From an uncultured Candidatus Saccharibacteria bacterium (GTDB lineage: Bacteria; Patescibacteriota; Doudnabacteria; UBA920), in assembly GCA_964597895.1 (NCBI GenBank), contig CAZQZS010000002.1, forward strand, positions 68,019 to 132,018: a stretch of DNA of 64,000 nucleotides, given 5' to 3'. The notes beneath the pieces are model-generated. The model was not told where the DNA came from. It did not search any database and saw only the letters and a program-made list of their open reading frames with translations. The translations under genes and the position numbers were made by a program. Numbering within the stretch: position 1 is the stretch's first letter; every line of letters begins with the position of its first letter. Below are positions 19,532 to 28,970 of this stretch, in pieces.

Positions 19532-21679
19532 ATGAGCCGAAAAACTGTAAAAATTCAACTACACCACGATATTTCCACGGAAGTGCCTACCAAAAGGGTT
19601 AACCCTGGCCACAATATCCTGTTGCGATTTTGGTTTGGTATCTGGAACCTCCTTGCGAAGGCCGCCTTTACTGTAGGCTTGGCGCTAATCGCTGTTATTA
19701 GACTGCCAATCAGCTTGTTCTATGCAGCCAGCCTCCCTCAACTAAGCGGGAAACAGCTCAAGTCGCTGGGCGGATTTTCTGTACTATTGCTTTTTGCCCT
19801 AATCCCATTTTTAACTGTCAATTTGATTGGAGAGGGCTGGCGGCTTGGAGGTTCAGTACTTGGGGTCAGCGATGAGGCGTTGCAAAGTATTGCACAGGCC
19901 AAAGAAGCTGTGAGCCGTCAAGATTACGAGTTAGCAGAAACAAATTTTGCTGACGCACTTGCAAGTCTTGAACAAATACAACTCCAGTTAAACGACTCAA
20001 GTGGAATAATCCAAGCCAGCAGTAAATTAGCACCAGCAAGCGTTAATACAAGCAACCTCTTAGTAGCCGCAACCAATTTAACCGAAGCTGGCTTGGCGGC
20101 AACCAAATTACTCAACGAAATCAATTCTCTTAGTTTTACAGCACAAGGCATTGCCACTACGAACGAAAAAACCACACAGGAGTCCCTCTTACACTTATCA
20201 CAACAAAGCAGGATTCTACACGAGAAGTTAGCAACCGCCGATAGACTCTTAGCGCCTTTCAACACCGAATTGTTACCAGCCGAATACCAACTCGCCGTTA
20301 ACCAAGCCAAGGCCCTGATCAAAGATTTAAACGTTCAAACCGCTCAATTGGCAGAATTGTCCGAACTATTAAATCAACTAATGTTAGGTCAAAAAAATTA
20401 TTTGGTTATCTTGCAAAATAATAACGAACTCCGTCCGACAGGCGGATTCATCGGGACTATTGCGCAAGGTAAACTTAGTAATGGTCTAGTCGAAAAGTTG
20501 GATATCCGTACTGTTTACGACCTTGATGGACAACTAAACGAGTGGTTAATTCCACCAGGGCCGCTCCAAACAGTTAATCACCGACTCTTTCTTCGGGACA
20601 GTAATTGGTTTGTGAATTTTCCTGACTCAGCTCGCCAACTCAGTATCATGTACGAAAAGAGCAGCGGCGAAACACCAGACTTAATCATGGCGGTCACTCC
20701 AGATGTTTTTATTGAGTTCTTAAATCTGACCGGACCAATTACTTTACCTGCATACAATGTAACCATTACTCCTGACAATTTTGTGGAGCAGATTCAGGCC
20801 AGCACCTCTGTGGCCTATGACAAACAGGCTAACCAGCCTAAGCAGCTATTAGCAGATTTATACCCAGCGTTAATGCAGCGTATAAATGAACTCAGTAAAG
20901 GACAACCTGCGCTGATGTTAGGCGTACTGCAAAAGCAATTGAGTCGTAAAAACATCTTGCTCTACAGCCGGGACCAAAACTTGCAAAACAAACTCGCACT
21001 TTACCGCTGGGACGGAGCAGTGGCAGACTTTGCAGGCGATTATCTTTACATTAACAGCGCTAACCTAAACGGTAGTAAAACCGATTTAGCACTAGAGAGA
21101 TCAGCTACGTTAACAACTAACATTGAACTAGGCGGCAGAATCAGGAACCAATTACAGTACACTGTACGCAATCCCTTACCGAGCTCAACTGGTTTGCATA
21201 ACAAAAGCTGGGTAAGATTTATGGTCCCAACTGGAGCTAAATTGCTAGGATTTAGCGGCTTTAACGAATCCAAACCGTTGCAACTTCCGGATGCGCAATA
21301 CTCTTGGCTAGACCAAGTAAGTGCTTGGGAACAATCATTACAACACGACTCTAGTGCTCAGATTCATATAGGTGAGGAAGCTGGCAAAACCTTTTTTGCC
21401 GGCTGGGTGGAGGTATTGGCAGGGGAGAGTAAAACTGTATCAATAACTTATGAACTACCTCATGATTTAAACTGGAGAGTTGCAAACTATCAGATACTTT
21501 TGGAAAAGCAGCCAGGAGTAGCAAGCTTGCAATTATCGCATCAAATCAACTTCCCGGGACGAAAAGTAGAATGGTTGAATAAGACTTTAGCGGGGCAAGC
21601 GCAAACCACAGAGCAAGTCAATTATCGCTCCGAACTTATTACAGATTCTTACGCAGGTGTAGTGTTAATACCTAAATAA
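19532..21679 (+). CDS. large membrane-anchored hypothetical protein occupying the position where murG usually sits in dcw clusters
   Basis: 715 aa. One N-terminal TM region, then a long probably extracytoplasmic domain. No MurG G-rich N-terminal motif and no other recognised catalytic motif. Confidence 0.6.
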   Translation: MSRKTVKIQLHHDISTEVPTKRVNPGHNILLRFWFGIWNLLAKAAFTVGLALIAVIRLPISLFYAASLPQLSGKQLKSLGGFSVLLLFALIPFLTVNLIGEGWRLGGSVLGVSDEALQSIAQAKEAVSRQDYELAETNFADALASLEQIQLQLNDSSGIIQASSKLAPASVNTSNLLVAATNLTEAGLAATKLLNEINSLSFTAQGIATTNEKTTQESLLHLSQQSRILHEKLATADRLLAPFNTELLPAEYQLAVNQAKALIKDLNVQTAQLAELSELLNQLMLGQKNYLVILQNNNELRPTGGFIGTIAQGKLSNGLVEKLDIRTVYDLDGQLNEWLIPPGPLQTVNHRLFLRDSNWFVNFPDSARQLSIMYEKSSGETPDLIMAVTPDVFIEFLNLTGPITLPAYNVTITPDNFVEQIQASTSVAYDKQANQPKQLLADLYPALMQRINELSKGQPALMLGVLQKQLSRKNILLYSRDQNLQNKLALYRWDGAVADFAGDYLYINSANLNGSKTDLALERSATLTTNIELGGRIRNQLQYTVRNPLPSSTGLHNKSWVRFMVPTGAKLLGFSGFNESKPLQLPDAQYSWLDQVSAWEQSLQHDSSAQIHIGEEAGKTFFAGWVEVLAGESKTVSITYELPHDLNWRVANYQILLEKQPGVASLQLSHQINFPGRKVEWLNKTLAGQAQTTEQVNYRSELITDSYAGVVLIPK

Positions 21680-21681
21680 TT

Positions 21682-23313
21682 ATGAATAGATTTTTTGAAT
21701 TTTTTGATAAACTAGAACAAAATTTTCACCTTGGTAAAGCCACGGTAATTATTGCTGTGTTAACTTTAGTTTCCCGACTAATGGGCTTTTTGCGCGATCT
21801 CTTTTTAGCCAGTCAATTAGGCACATCCGCGCAAACTGATATCTACTTTACTGCTTTCCGGCTTCCAGATGTAGTCTATAATCTATTGGTGTTAGGTACT
21901 CTGAGTGCGGCGTTTATTCCGATTTTTACTGAAGCCTATACTAAAAATAAAGCGGAAGCATGGCGGATCGCCAGCAGCATCCTTAATATAAGCATCCTTG
22001 TCATGGGTGTCATCTGCTTATTGCTATTTGCGTTCACTGAACCATTAACGAAAATAATTGCTCCAGGATTCAGTGATGCGGAATTAGCTGAAACAGTAAA
22101 ATTAACAAGAATCTTCTTGTTATCACCCATATTATTTACGGTCTCTAGCGTATTTTCCAGTAGTTTAATTTCTCTCAAAAAATTTGTTTGGGTAAACAGC
22201 GCTGCGCTTTTCTATAATGCTGGGATTATCTTAGGTATTTTATTTTTATGGCCAATGTGGGGATTGACCGGAATAGCAGTTGGTGTGATTTTTGGCGCAC
22301 TAATGCACGCCCTAATTCAACTACCTCAACTTCTTCGACTAGGCTTTAAGTGGCAGCCAATCATCCTTTGGCGTCATCACAGCGTGAGGACAATAGGTAG
22401 ATTATTTTTGCCAAGAGTGCTGGGTTTAGATATTTCGTACGTAAACTTACTGATTGTATCAATTGTGGGATCAACTTTAGTGACCGGCACAATTTCTGCA
22501 TTTAACTTTGCCAATAATATCCAAAGCGTACCCTTGGGTATTTTTGCTATCTCTACCACCTTAGCGGTCTTCCCGATGCTGTCCGAGCAATACGCCAGAA
22601 AACAATTTAGTCAGTTCATCAACACCTTTAACCGTGCCTTTGTTAGAATTTTGTTTTTCATTTTGCCTATGGCTCTGATGATGTTACTGTTTCGCGCTCA
22701 TATTGTCAGGTTACTACTCGGTTATGGGGAGTGCGATTGGACTTGTACCATCACCACCTTTGACGCCTTAGGCTTATTGAGCATCAGTCTGATTACGCAA
22801 AGCCTAGTGCCATTGTTATCACGAGCGTTCTATGCCAGGCAAAACACGGTTTTACCTCTGACAATTGGTCTGCTATCAATGGCCATAAACGCTGTGCTGT
22901 CGTACTATCTGTCAGTAGGATTAGGTATTATAGGTATCGCTCTGGGATTTGTAATTGCCTCTGCTTTCCAGTTGGCGCTCTTAATGATGTATCTCCACAA
23001 ACACATTCAAAGTGAACTTAAGAATCATGACATCGTACATCAAAGCGATTACTATATTATTGCCAGTACGGCTAAGATAATTATTGCAACTTTAATCGCC
23101 GGCATTGTTGCTTATGTCGCTCTATATATTGTTGCCGTAATGGTTGATACTCATACCGTATTTGGTATATTCATCCAAGCTAGTCTGGCCGGATTTGCTG
23201 GAGTTGCTGCGTATCTCGGCATCACAAATCACTATAAAATTCCAGAAGCCGTGAGTATTCAAAGTGCAATCGCCAAGACGGCAAGGTTCGTGAATGTCGC
23301 TAATCTGCGCTAG
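21682..23313 (+). CDS. murJ: lipid II flippase MurJ (MviN)
   Basis: 543 aa. Characteristic N-terminus ...LTLVSRLMGFLRDLFLASQLGTSAQTDIYFTAFRLPDVVYNLLVLGTLSAAFIPIF and 14 predicted TM segments. Confidence 0.9.
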   Translation: MNRFFEFFDKLEQNFHLGKATVIIAVLTLVSRLMGFLRDLFLASQLGTSAQTDIYFTAFRLPDVVYNLLVLGTLSAAFIPIFTEAYTKNKAEAWRIASSILNISILVMGVICLLLFAFTEPLTKIIAPGFSDAELAETVKLTRIFLLSPILFTVSSVFSSSLISLKKFVWVNSAALFYNAGIILGILFLWPMWGLTGIAVGVIFGALMHALIQLPQLLRLGFKWQPIILWRHHSVRTIGRLFLPRVLGLDISYVNLLIVSIVGSTLVTGTISAFNFANNIQSVPLGIFAISTTLAVFPMLSEQYARKQFSQFINTFNRAFVRILFFILPMALMMLLFRAHIVRLLLGYGECDWTCTITTFDALGLLSISLITQSLVPLLSRAFYARQNTVLPLTIGLLSMAINAVLSYYLSVGLGIIGIALGFVIASAFQLALLMMYLHKHIQSELKNHDIVHQSDYYIIASTAKIIIATLIAGIVAYVALYIVAVMVDTHTVFGIFIQASLAGFAGVAAYLGITNHYKIPEAVSIQSAIAKTARFVNVANLR

Positions 23314-23354
23314 AACTCATTGCTCAAAAGCTCAGTCCCTGTTAGACTTATCGC

Positions 23355-25148
23355 ATGCCAAAATTAGATCAAATTAGAAACTTCTGCATCATTGCCCATA
23401 TTGACCACGGAAAATCCACTCTCGCGGATCGTCTTTTAGAAGTGACTCAAACAGTGAGTAGCAGAGAAATGAAAGCCCAGCTATTAGACCAAATGGATTT
23501 GGAGCGCGAGAGGGGCATCACAATCAAACTCCAGCCGGTACAAATGAATTACCAATATGAAGGTATTGATTACGTCTTTAATCTAATTGACACCCCCGGG
23601 CATGTAGATTTTAGCTATGAAGTGTCACGCAGTTTAGCTGCCTGTGAAGGAGCTCTGTTAGTAGTTGACTCCACTCAAGGGATAGAAGCGCAGACTTTAG
23701 CCAACGCTTATTTAGCTATAGAGCATAATCTCACTTTAATTCCAGTTATCAATAAAATAGACCTACCCAACAGTGATCCACAAAAAGTCGCAGAAGAAAT
23801 GAAATCAGTATTCGGTTTTAAGGATGAAGAGTTTTTATATGCGTCAGGGAAAACGGGCCAAGGCGTACCAGGCATTCTTGAAGCAGTTGCCAAGAGAATC
23901 CCTGCGCCAGTAGGAGATAGTAATTCACCGCTGCAGGCTTTAATCTTTGACTCAAGCTATGACCCGCACCGCGGGGTAATTACCTATGTACGTATCGTTA
24001 ACGGCACTTTGCAGCCTAAACAAAAAATCTTGATGCTAGGTAGCAGTACTGAAGCCGACAGTTTAGAGGTCGGCGTCTTCAAACCAGTTATGACCAAAAC
24101 AGCTGGTTTGGATACAGGCAGCGTCGGTTATATCGTTACTGGCTTAAGAGAAGTAGCCAAGGCCAGCGTAGGGGATACTATCACTCTTCAAAAGTCTGGT
24201 TCTAAAGAACCCCTCCCTGGATACAAGCAAGTTCGCCCTATGGTTTATGCCAGTATTTTTCCGGTGTCGGGAGATGATTATCCGTTGCTGCGTGACGCTA
24301 TGGAAAAACTTAAGCTCAATGACGCCGCCTTAACGTTTGAAGCAGAGAATATCCCGAGCATCGGCTTTGGTTTCCGCACTGGCTTTCTTGGACTATTGCA
24401 TATGGATATTGTGCAAGAGCGCCTCAGCAGAGAGTACGATTTAGATCTAGTGCTTACAGCACCAAGTGTAGTTTATGAAATTGAAAAAACCAATGATACA
24501 GTGGACACGATCTATAATCCAGCAGGATGGCCAGACCCTTCCAATATTAAGGAAGTGCGCGAGCCGTGGGCCAACGTGGCGATTTTGACCCCAAGCACCT
24601 ATATCGGCTCAATTATGGAAATTGTCACCCAGCGACGCGGAATTAACAGCGGTATGGACTATGTCGGAACTGATCGCGTAGAAATGCGTTTTGAGATGCC
24701 CCTCGCCACTATAATTACAGACTTTTATGATAAACTAAAAAGTGTTTCATCTGGTTACGCATCTCTTAACTATGATGTCATAGAAATGCGGCCTGGCAAT
24801 CTGGTCAAGCTAGATATACTGGTTGCTGGAGAACCCATTGAGGCATTGGCTGCAATCGCGCACCGCTCTACAGCCGAAAGTGAAGGCCGGGATCTCGTAG
24901 CCAAACTCAAAGATTTAATTCCTCGTCAGCAGTTTGAGATCGCAATCCAAGCCGCAATCGGCAGCAAGATAATTGCTCGCGAAACTATTTCTGCTTTGCG
25001 GAAAGACGTCACAACCGGGCTTTACGGAGGCGACGTAACCAGAAAAATGAAAGTACTGAACAAGCAAAAAAAGGGTAAGAAGCGAATGAAAAAAATCGGA
25101 AAAGTAGATATTCCACAGGAAGCCTTTTTGGCTGTTCTTAAAAAATAA
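23355..25148 (+). CDS. lepA: elongation factor 4 (LepA)
   Basis: 597 aa. G domain IRNFCIIAHIDHGKSTLADRLL, DTPGHVDF, NKIDLP, and the LepA-specific C-terminal domain. Confidence 0.97.
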   Translation: MPKLDQIRNFCIIAHIDHGKSTLADRLLEVTQTVSSREMKAQLLDQMDLERERGITIKLQPVQMNYQYEGIDYVFNLIDTPGHVDFSYEVSRSLAACEGALLVVDSTQGIEAQTLANAYLAIEHNLTLIPVINKIDLPNSDPQKVAEEMKSVFGFKDEEFLYASGKTGQGVPGILEAVAKRIPAPVGDSNSPLQALIFDSSYDPHRGVITYVRIVNGTLQPKQKILMLGSSTEADSLEVGVFKPVMTKTAGLDTGSVGYIVTGLREVAKASVGDTITLQKSGSKEPLPGYKQVRPMVYASIFPVSGDDYPLLRDAMEKLKLNDAALTFEAENIPSIGFGFRTGFLGLLHMDIVQERLSREYDLDLVLTAPSVVYEIEKTNDTVDTIYNPAGWPDPSNIKEVREPWANVAILTPSTYIGSIMEIVTQRRGINSGMDYVGTDRVEMRFEMPLATIITDFYDKLKSVSSGYASLNYDVIEMRPGNLVKLDILVAGEPIEALAAIAHRSTAESEGRDLVAKLKDLIPRQQFEIAIQAAIGSKIIARETISALRKDVTTGLYGGDVTRKMKVLNKQKKGKKRMKKIGKVDIPQEAFLAVLKK

Positions 25149-25152
25149 GCTC

Positions 25153-25251
25153 ATGCGCAATAGAAAAACTCTGCATATTATCATGATTGTGGTTTCCACG
25201 ATTATCATCGCCTCCATGATTGGTTCGGTCTTTATGTACTTAGCCTTTTAA
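25153..25251 (+). CDS. possible 32-aa single-TM membrane peptide, not in the ORF track
   Basis: ATG 5 nt after the lepA stop encodes MRNRKTLHIIMIVVSTIIIASMIGSVFMYLAF (basic N-terminus plus one hydrophobic helix). It ends 2 nt before the next gene. No SD. Confidence 0.3.
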   Translation: MRNRKTLHIIMIVVSTIIIASMIGSVFMYLAF

Positions 25252-25253
25252 CT

Positions 25254-25814
25254 ATGGCTATTAAGCTCAAAGACATGGAACACATTAAAGCCGTGTTCCG
25301 GCAAAGCAAGTGGGTATTAATCCATCCTATTTTAGCTAACCTCTTCACTGTAGCGCTACCGTGGTACTTTATCTGGCGTTATGAAATTGGCGGTTGGATA
25401 CCAAGCGCTCTAGTGATTTGGACAGTTTTAGTCGGACTTCATCTTGCTCGTGAGCTCTTCCTCTGGTACATGAATACATACGTTGTGACAAACATGCGCC
25501 TGCTACATTGGGATCAAACTGGAATTTTTAATCGTACCGTAATAGAAACGCCGCACGAAAGAATCCTAAACGTCAGCTACAAAACCGAAGGAGTGATATC
25601 GTCAATCTTTGGTTATGGGAACGTAGAAATTCAGGTAGTAGGGCTGATGGAACCCATGATTATGAAAAACGTCACTGATCCGCAAAGTATTAAGGATTAC
25701 CTTTGGCAAATGCACAGCCGAGTAACCAATAACAAAAACACTTTTGACAGTGAAGATATTGAGCATATTCAAGAACGTGTAGGTTACACCAAAAAAAATC
25801 AAAGAATCATGTAG
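25254..25814 (+). CDS. membrane protein with a bacterial PH-like (YdbS/DUF304-type) domain
   Basis: Two N-terminal TM segments followed by VTNMRLLHW...GIFNRTVIETPHERILNVSYKTEGV...GYGNVEIQ, the pattern of bPH_2 domains. Confidence 0.55.
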   Translation: MAIKLKDMEHIKAVFRQSKWVLIHPILANLFTVALPWYFIWRYEIGGWIPSALVIWTVLVGLHLARELFLWYMNTYVVTNMRLLHWDQTGIFNRTVIETPHERILNVSYKTEGVISSIFGYGNVEIQVVGLMEPMIMKNVTDPQSIKDYLWQMHSRVTNNKNTFDSEDIEHIQERVGYTKKNQRIM

Positions 25815-26180
25815 ATGAAACTTCCAAAAATATTTTATTCAAAAATCTTTTTACTTTCTGTGATAGTTGCACTTTTTGGTGGTCTAGCGATAGAATACAA
25901 GCAGTACTCAGATCGCCGCGCCATAGATAATGAAATTGCAGAGTTACAGGCAGAAGAACAACGACTCTTAGAAAACAACCAAAAACTGGAGCAATCTATA
26001 AGTTTCCTATCATCACCCGAATATCAAGAAAAATTAGCCCGCATGCAATTGAATCTAAAGAAAGAGGGCGAGATAGTCGTTAACTTTCCATCTGAAAACC
26101 AAATTGTGGATCAAACTAGGCAGTCAATTAATGAAAAATCCAACGTCATTAAGTGGTGGGAATACATTTTTATAAACTAA
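25815..26180 (+). CDS. septum formation initiator family protein (FtsB/DivIC-like)
   Basis: 121 aa. N-terminal TM, then a coiled coil (IAELQAEEQRLLENNQKLEQSI), then EYQEKLARMQLNLKKEGEIVV, which resembles the FtsB/DivIC C-terminal motif. Confidence 0.6.
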   Translation: MKLPKIFYSKIFLLSVIVALFGGLAIEYKQYSDRRAIDNEIAELQAEEQRLLENNQKLEQSISFLSSPEYQEKLARMQLNLKKEGEIVVNFPSENQIVDQTRQSINEKSNVIKWWEYIFIN

Positions 26181-26183
26181 ACC

Positions 26184-27086
26184 ATGACAAAAACAGAAGA
26201 AAATACAACCAAAATTGTGACCACAAAATTCGCTCTAATTGGCGGAGCCATCTTAATTATATTTATTGCAGGACTGTCAGCTTGGTTATACACTGGACAA
26301 GCAGAGGGCTCTAAGCGAAAGGTCTTGGCAGCATTACCCCTTCCAGTCGCAGTGGTGGATTCACACCTAATCACTAGTAGTGCATTGTTTGACCGTGTCA
26401 GTCTTGCAGAAGATTTGCTTGCAGGATCTGATGCTGTGGTTGATAATTTAACTCAGACCATACTTGCACAATTGATAGATACTAAAAAGACAGAAGTACT
26501 GGCTGAAAAAAATAAAGTAATTCCAACAGAGCAAGAGCTAGATAATGCTTTTCTGGGCATACTCAAGCAGTTCCCAAATCAAGACGAGCAAGCTTTAGAG
26601 GCCGAATTACAAAAAACTTATGGGATCAACCTTGAGACTTTTAAGCAGGAAGTTTTAAGAGAAACTGTTCTACAAGAGAATCTCTCACTTTGGCACAATA
26701 AACAGGAATCGCTGAACCCTGATTCGTATGCAGAGGCAAGAAAGCTCTTGTCGCAATTAGATAACGGAGCAGATTTTGATAAAATTGCTCAAGAACACAG
26801 CGAGGATTTAGCGAGTACGGCCTTTGCAGGAGATAGCGGATTTGTACCTTATGACGATTTATTACCTGAATTCCAAACAGCAGTAAAAGACTTGGTTGTC
26901 AACGACAATGTAATCGTAGCGAGTCGTTATGGAATCCACATTTTACGAATCAACGCAATTGCCAACAATCCGGATCAACCAGAAAATAAGAGTTATAACA
27001 TTCAGCAAATATTCCTAGAACCTGCTGACTTTAGCAAATGGCTGGAAAGCGAACTATCCCAAATTTCTGAAATCAGACTCCTATAG
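26184..27086 (+). CDS. membrane-anchored parvulin-type peptidyl-prolyl cis-trans isomerase (PpiC/PrsA/SurA-like)
   Basis: N-terminal TM anchor. C-terminal rotamase-like domain DFDKIAQEHSED....GDSGFV......EFQTAVKDL......VASRYGIHILRI. Confidence 0.7.
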   Translation: MTKTEENTTKIVTTKFALIGGAILIIFIAGLSAWLYTGQAEGSKRKVLAALPLPVAVVDSHLITSSALFDRVSLAEDLLAGSDAVVDNLTQTILAQLIDTKKTEVLAEKNKVIPTEQELDNAFLGILKQFPNQDEQALEAELQKTYGINLETFKQEVLRETVLQENLSLWHNKQESLNPDSYAEARKLLSQLDNGADFDKIAQEHSEDLASTAFAGDSGFVPYDDLLPEFQTAVKDLVVNDNVIVASRYGIHILRINAIANNPDQPENKSYNIQQIFLEPADFSKWLESELSQISEIRLL

Positions 27087-27135
27087 CAATAGACCCTGTT
27101 CAATTGGACAGGGTATTTGATAAAATGAGGAGTCT

Positions 27136-27209
27136 GCGGGATTAGTACAGTGGCAGTATGCGTGCTTCCCAAGCATGAGACGCGAGTTCGATTCTCGTAT
27201 CCCGCTCCA
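27136..27209 (+). tRNA. tRNA-Gly (anticodon CCC)
   Basis: 74 nt cloverleaf read by hand: acceptor GCGGGAT/ATCCCGC, anticodon loop TTCCCAA, T-loop TTCGATT, encoded CCA. Close to the E. coli tRNA-Gly(CCC) layout. Confidence 0.9.
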
Positions 27210-27307
27210 TTATAAAATGACGGGTGGCAGCCGGAGGGGACCCCAGTCGCAGCGAGCTTAGCGAGCGAGATTGGGGTGAAGGCTGACAGGACCCGTCATA
27301 CAATCTT

Positions 27308-27383
27308 GCCGACTTAGCTCAGCTGGTAGAGCAGCGGTATCGTAAACCGCAGGTCATCGGTTCAAACCCGATAGTCGGCTCCA
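27308..27383 (+). tRNA. tRNA-Thr (anticodon CGT)
   Basis: 76 nt: acceptor GCCGACT/AGTCGGC, D-arm GCTCAGCTGGTAGAGC, anticodon loop ATCGTAA (CGT), T-loop TTCAAAC, encoded CCA. Confidence 0.9.
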
Positions 27384-27423
27384 CTAAATTTTAATTGTCA
27401 ACCCTCGCAAAAATGGCCTGCCT

Positions 27424-27452
27424 TGCCAATTAGGGCTTTTTTTGTTAGAATT
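27424..27452 (+). promoter_or_regulatory. sigma-70-like promoter of the ATP synthase operon (TTGCCA-17-TAGAAT)
   Basis: TTGCCA 27424-27429, 17-nt spacer, TAGAAT 27447-27452, 12 nt before the atpZ-like ATG. Confidence 0.45.
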
Positions 27453-27463
27453 TCTGCGTCATT

Positions 27464-27736
27464 ATGAATAACCAAGAAACGAAACCGAAAGCGACAGAAG
27501 AGACCAAAAGCAAGAAATCAAAGCAAATTCCCTTGAGTAAAACGTTATCAATAGCTTTGCAATTTGCCTTTATAATTCTTCTGCCATTGTTAGTATTTGG
27601 CTCGGTTGGACAATGGCTAGCAGGCAGATATGGTAATAAGCTCTGGCTGATTGCCGCTCTATTACTAGCTCTAACCACCAGTACGGTTTGGTTCTATCAA
27701 AAAATATCTGATTTATATAAGGACTTCATAGACTAA
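27464..27736 (+). CDS. AtpZ/AtpI-like small membrane protein of the F-ATPase operon
   Basis: 90 aa. Basic N-terminus, two TM segments with the ...FGSVGQWLAGRYGNKLWLIAALLL... pattern typical of ATP-synthase gene-1 proteins. Directly precedes atpB. Confidence 0.55.
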   Translation: MNNQETKPKATEETKSKKSKQIPLSKTLSIALQFAFIILLPLLVFGSVGQWLAGRYGNKLWLIAALLLALTTSTVWFYQKISDLYKDFID

Positions 27737-27738
27737 AT

Positions 27739-28593
27739 ATGGCCGCTACCTTGCCGCCTTTGGCTGCTGAACCAATCTTTCATATCGGTGAATTCGCTGT
27801 AACTAATTCGCATATCAATTCCACCATAACCATGGTTGGTTTTGTAATTTTTGCATTCATAATTTACAGGGGAGTGAAAGTCTCAAAAGGCCAGGCCCCA
27901 AAGGGCATCTTGAACTTTTTTGAAAGCATTTTGGAAACCCTCTATGGTTATTTTGATGCAGTCACTCAAGACCGTGCCAAGACTATTAGATTTTTACCCC
28001 TAGTCGGGACTCTGTTCTTTTTTATTTTAATCTCTAACTGGGTTGGCCTGTTGCCAGGTATTGGTAGCATCGGTCGCTACTTAATACATCACGGGGAGGT
28101 TGTGCTGGTACCTTTGTTCCGTCCTGCCACAACTGATCTTAATATGACCATTGCTATGGCTTTGATTGCAGTAACAGTTTCGCATTTCCTTGGGATTGCC
28201 GTGATTGGCTTCTTTAAGTACTTTAATAAATTCGTTAAAGTCGGTGACCTGTGGCATGCCATCAAGTCAATGAACCCCATGACGATTCTGACAGCTATTA
28301 TTGAATTCTTTGTAGGGATTTTAGAAATTATTTCCGAGGTAGCAAAACTGTTGTCACTATCTCTGCGTCTGTTTGGAAACATTTTTGCTGGTGAAGTCTT
28401 GCTCACAGTTTTGGCTGGGATTCTTCCTTTCTTACTACCACTACCTTTTATTGGCTTAGAAATCATAGTGGGGGTAGTTCAGGCTACTGTATTTTCAATG
28501 CTGACTTTGGTTTATTTAACTGTAGCTACGACAGAAGTAACAAGTCATCACAACGAGCACCCAGAAGATTTAGAGCCAACCCCAACGGTTTAA
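27739..28593 (+). CDS. atpB: F0F1 ATP synthase subunit a
   Basis: 284 aa. Conserved LSLSLRLFGNIFAGEVLL (essential Arg) motif. 5-6 TM segments. Confidence 0.95.
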   Translation: MAATLPPLAAEPIFHIGEFAVTNSHINSTITMVGFVIFAFIIYRGVKVSKGQAPKGILNFFESILETLYGYFDAVTQDRAKTIRFLPLVGTLFFFILISNWVGLLPGIGSIGRYLIHHGEVVLVPLFRPATTDLNMTIAMALIAVTVSHFLGIAVIGFFKYFNKFVKVGDLWHAIKSMNPMTILTAIIEFFVGILEIISEVAKLLSLSLRLFGNIFAGEVLLTVLAGILPFLLPLPFIGLEIIVGVVQATVFSMLTLVYLTVATTEVTSHHNEHPEDLEPTPTV

Positions 28594-28681
28594 GTGTCTT
28601 TCATCAGTTTGTAATTCTTTGCAACCTGATGATTAATACTTAAAGTACAACGGACTATAAACAATTTCCCAGTCCAGTTAG

Positions 28682-28915
<234 letters not shown>

Positions 28916-28970
28916 TTTGCAGTTTCAGTCTCGCTCAATGCGGGACTGGGCTCTGTAAATTATATTTGTT

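Noticed and set aside
19532-21679. Divergent MurG at the canonical murG position
   Set aside because: No N-terminal glycine-rich GT-B motif and no two-Rossmann-domain layout. It has one N-terminal TM and a long extracytoplasmic-looking body.
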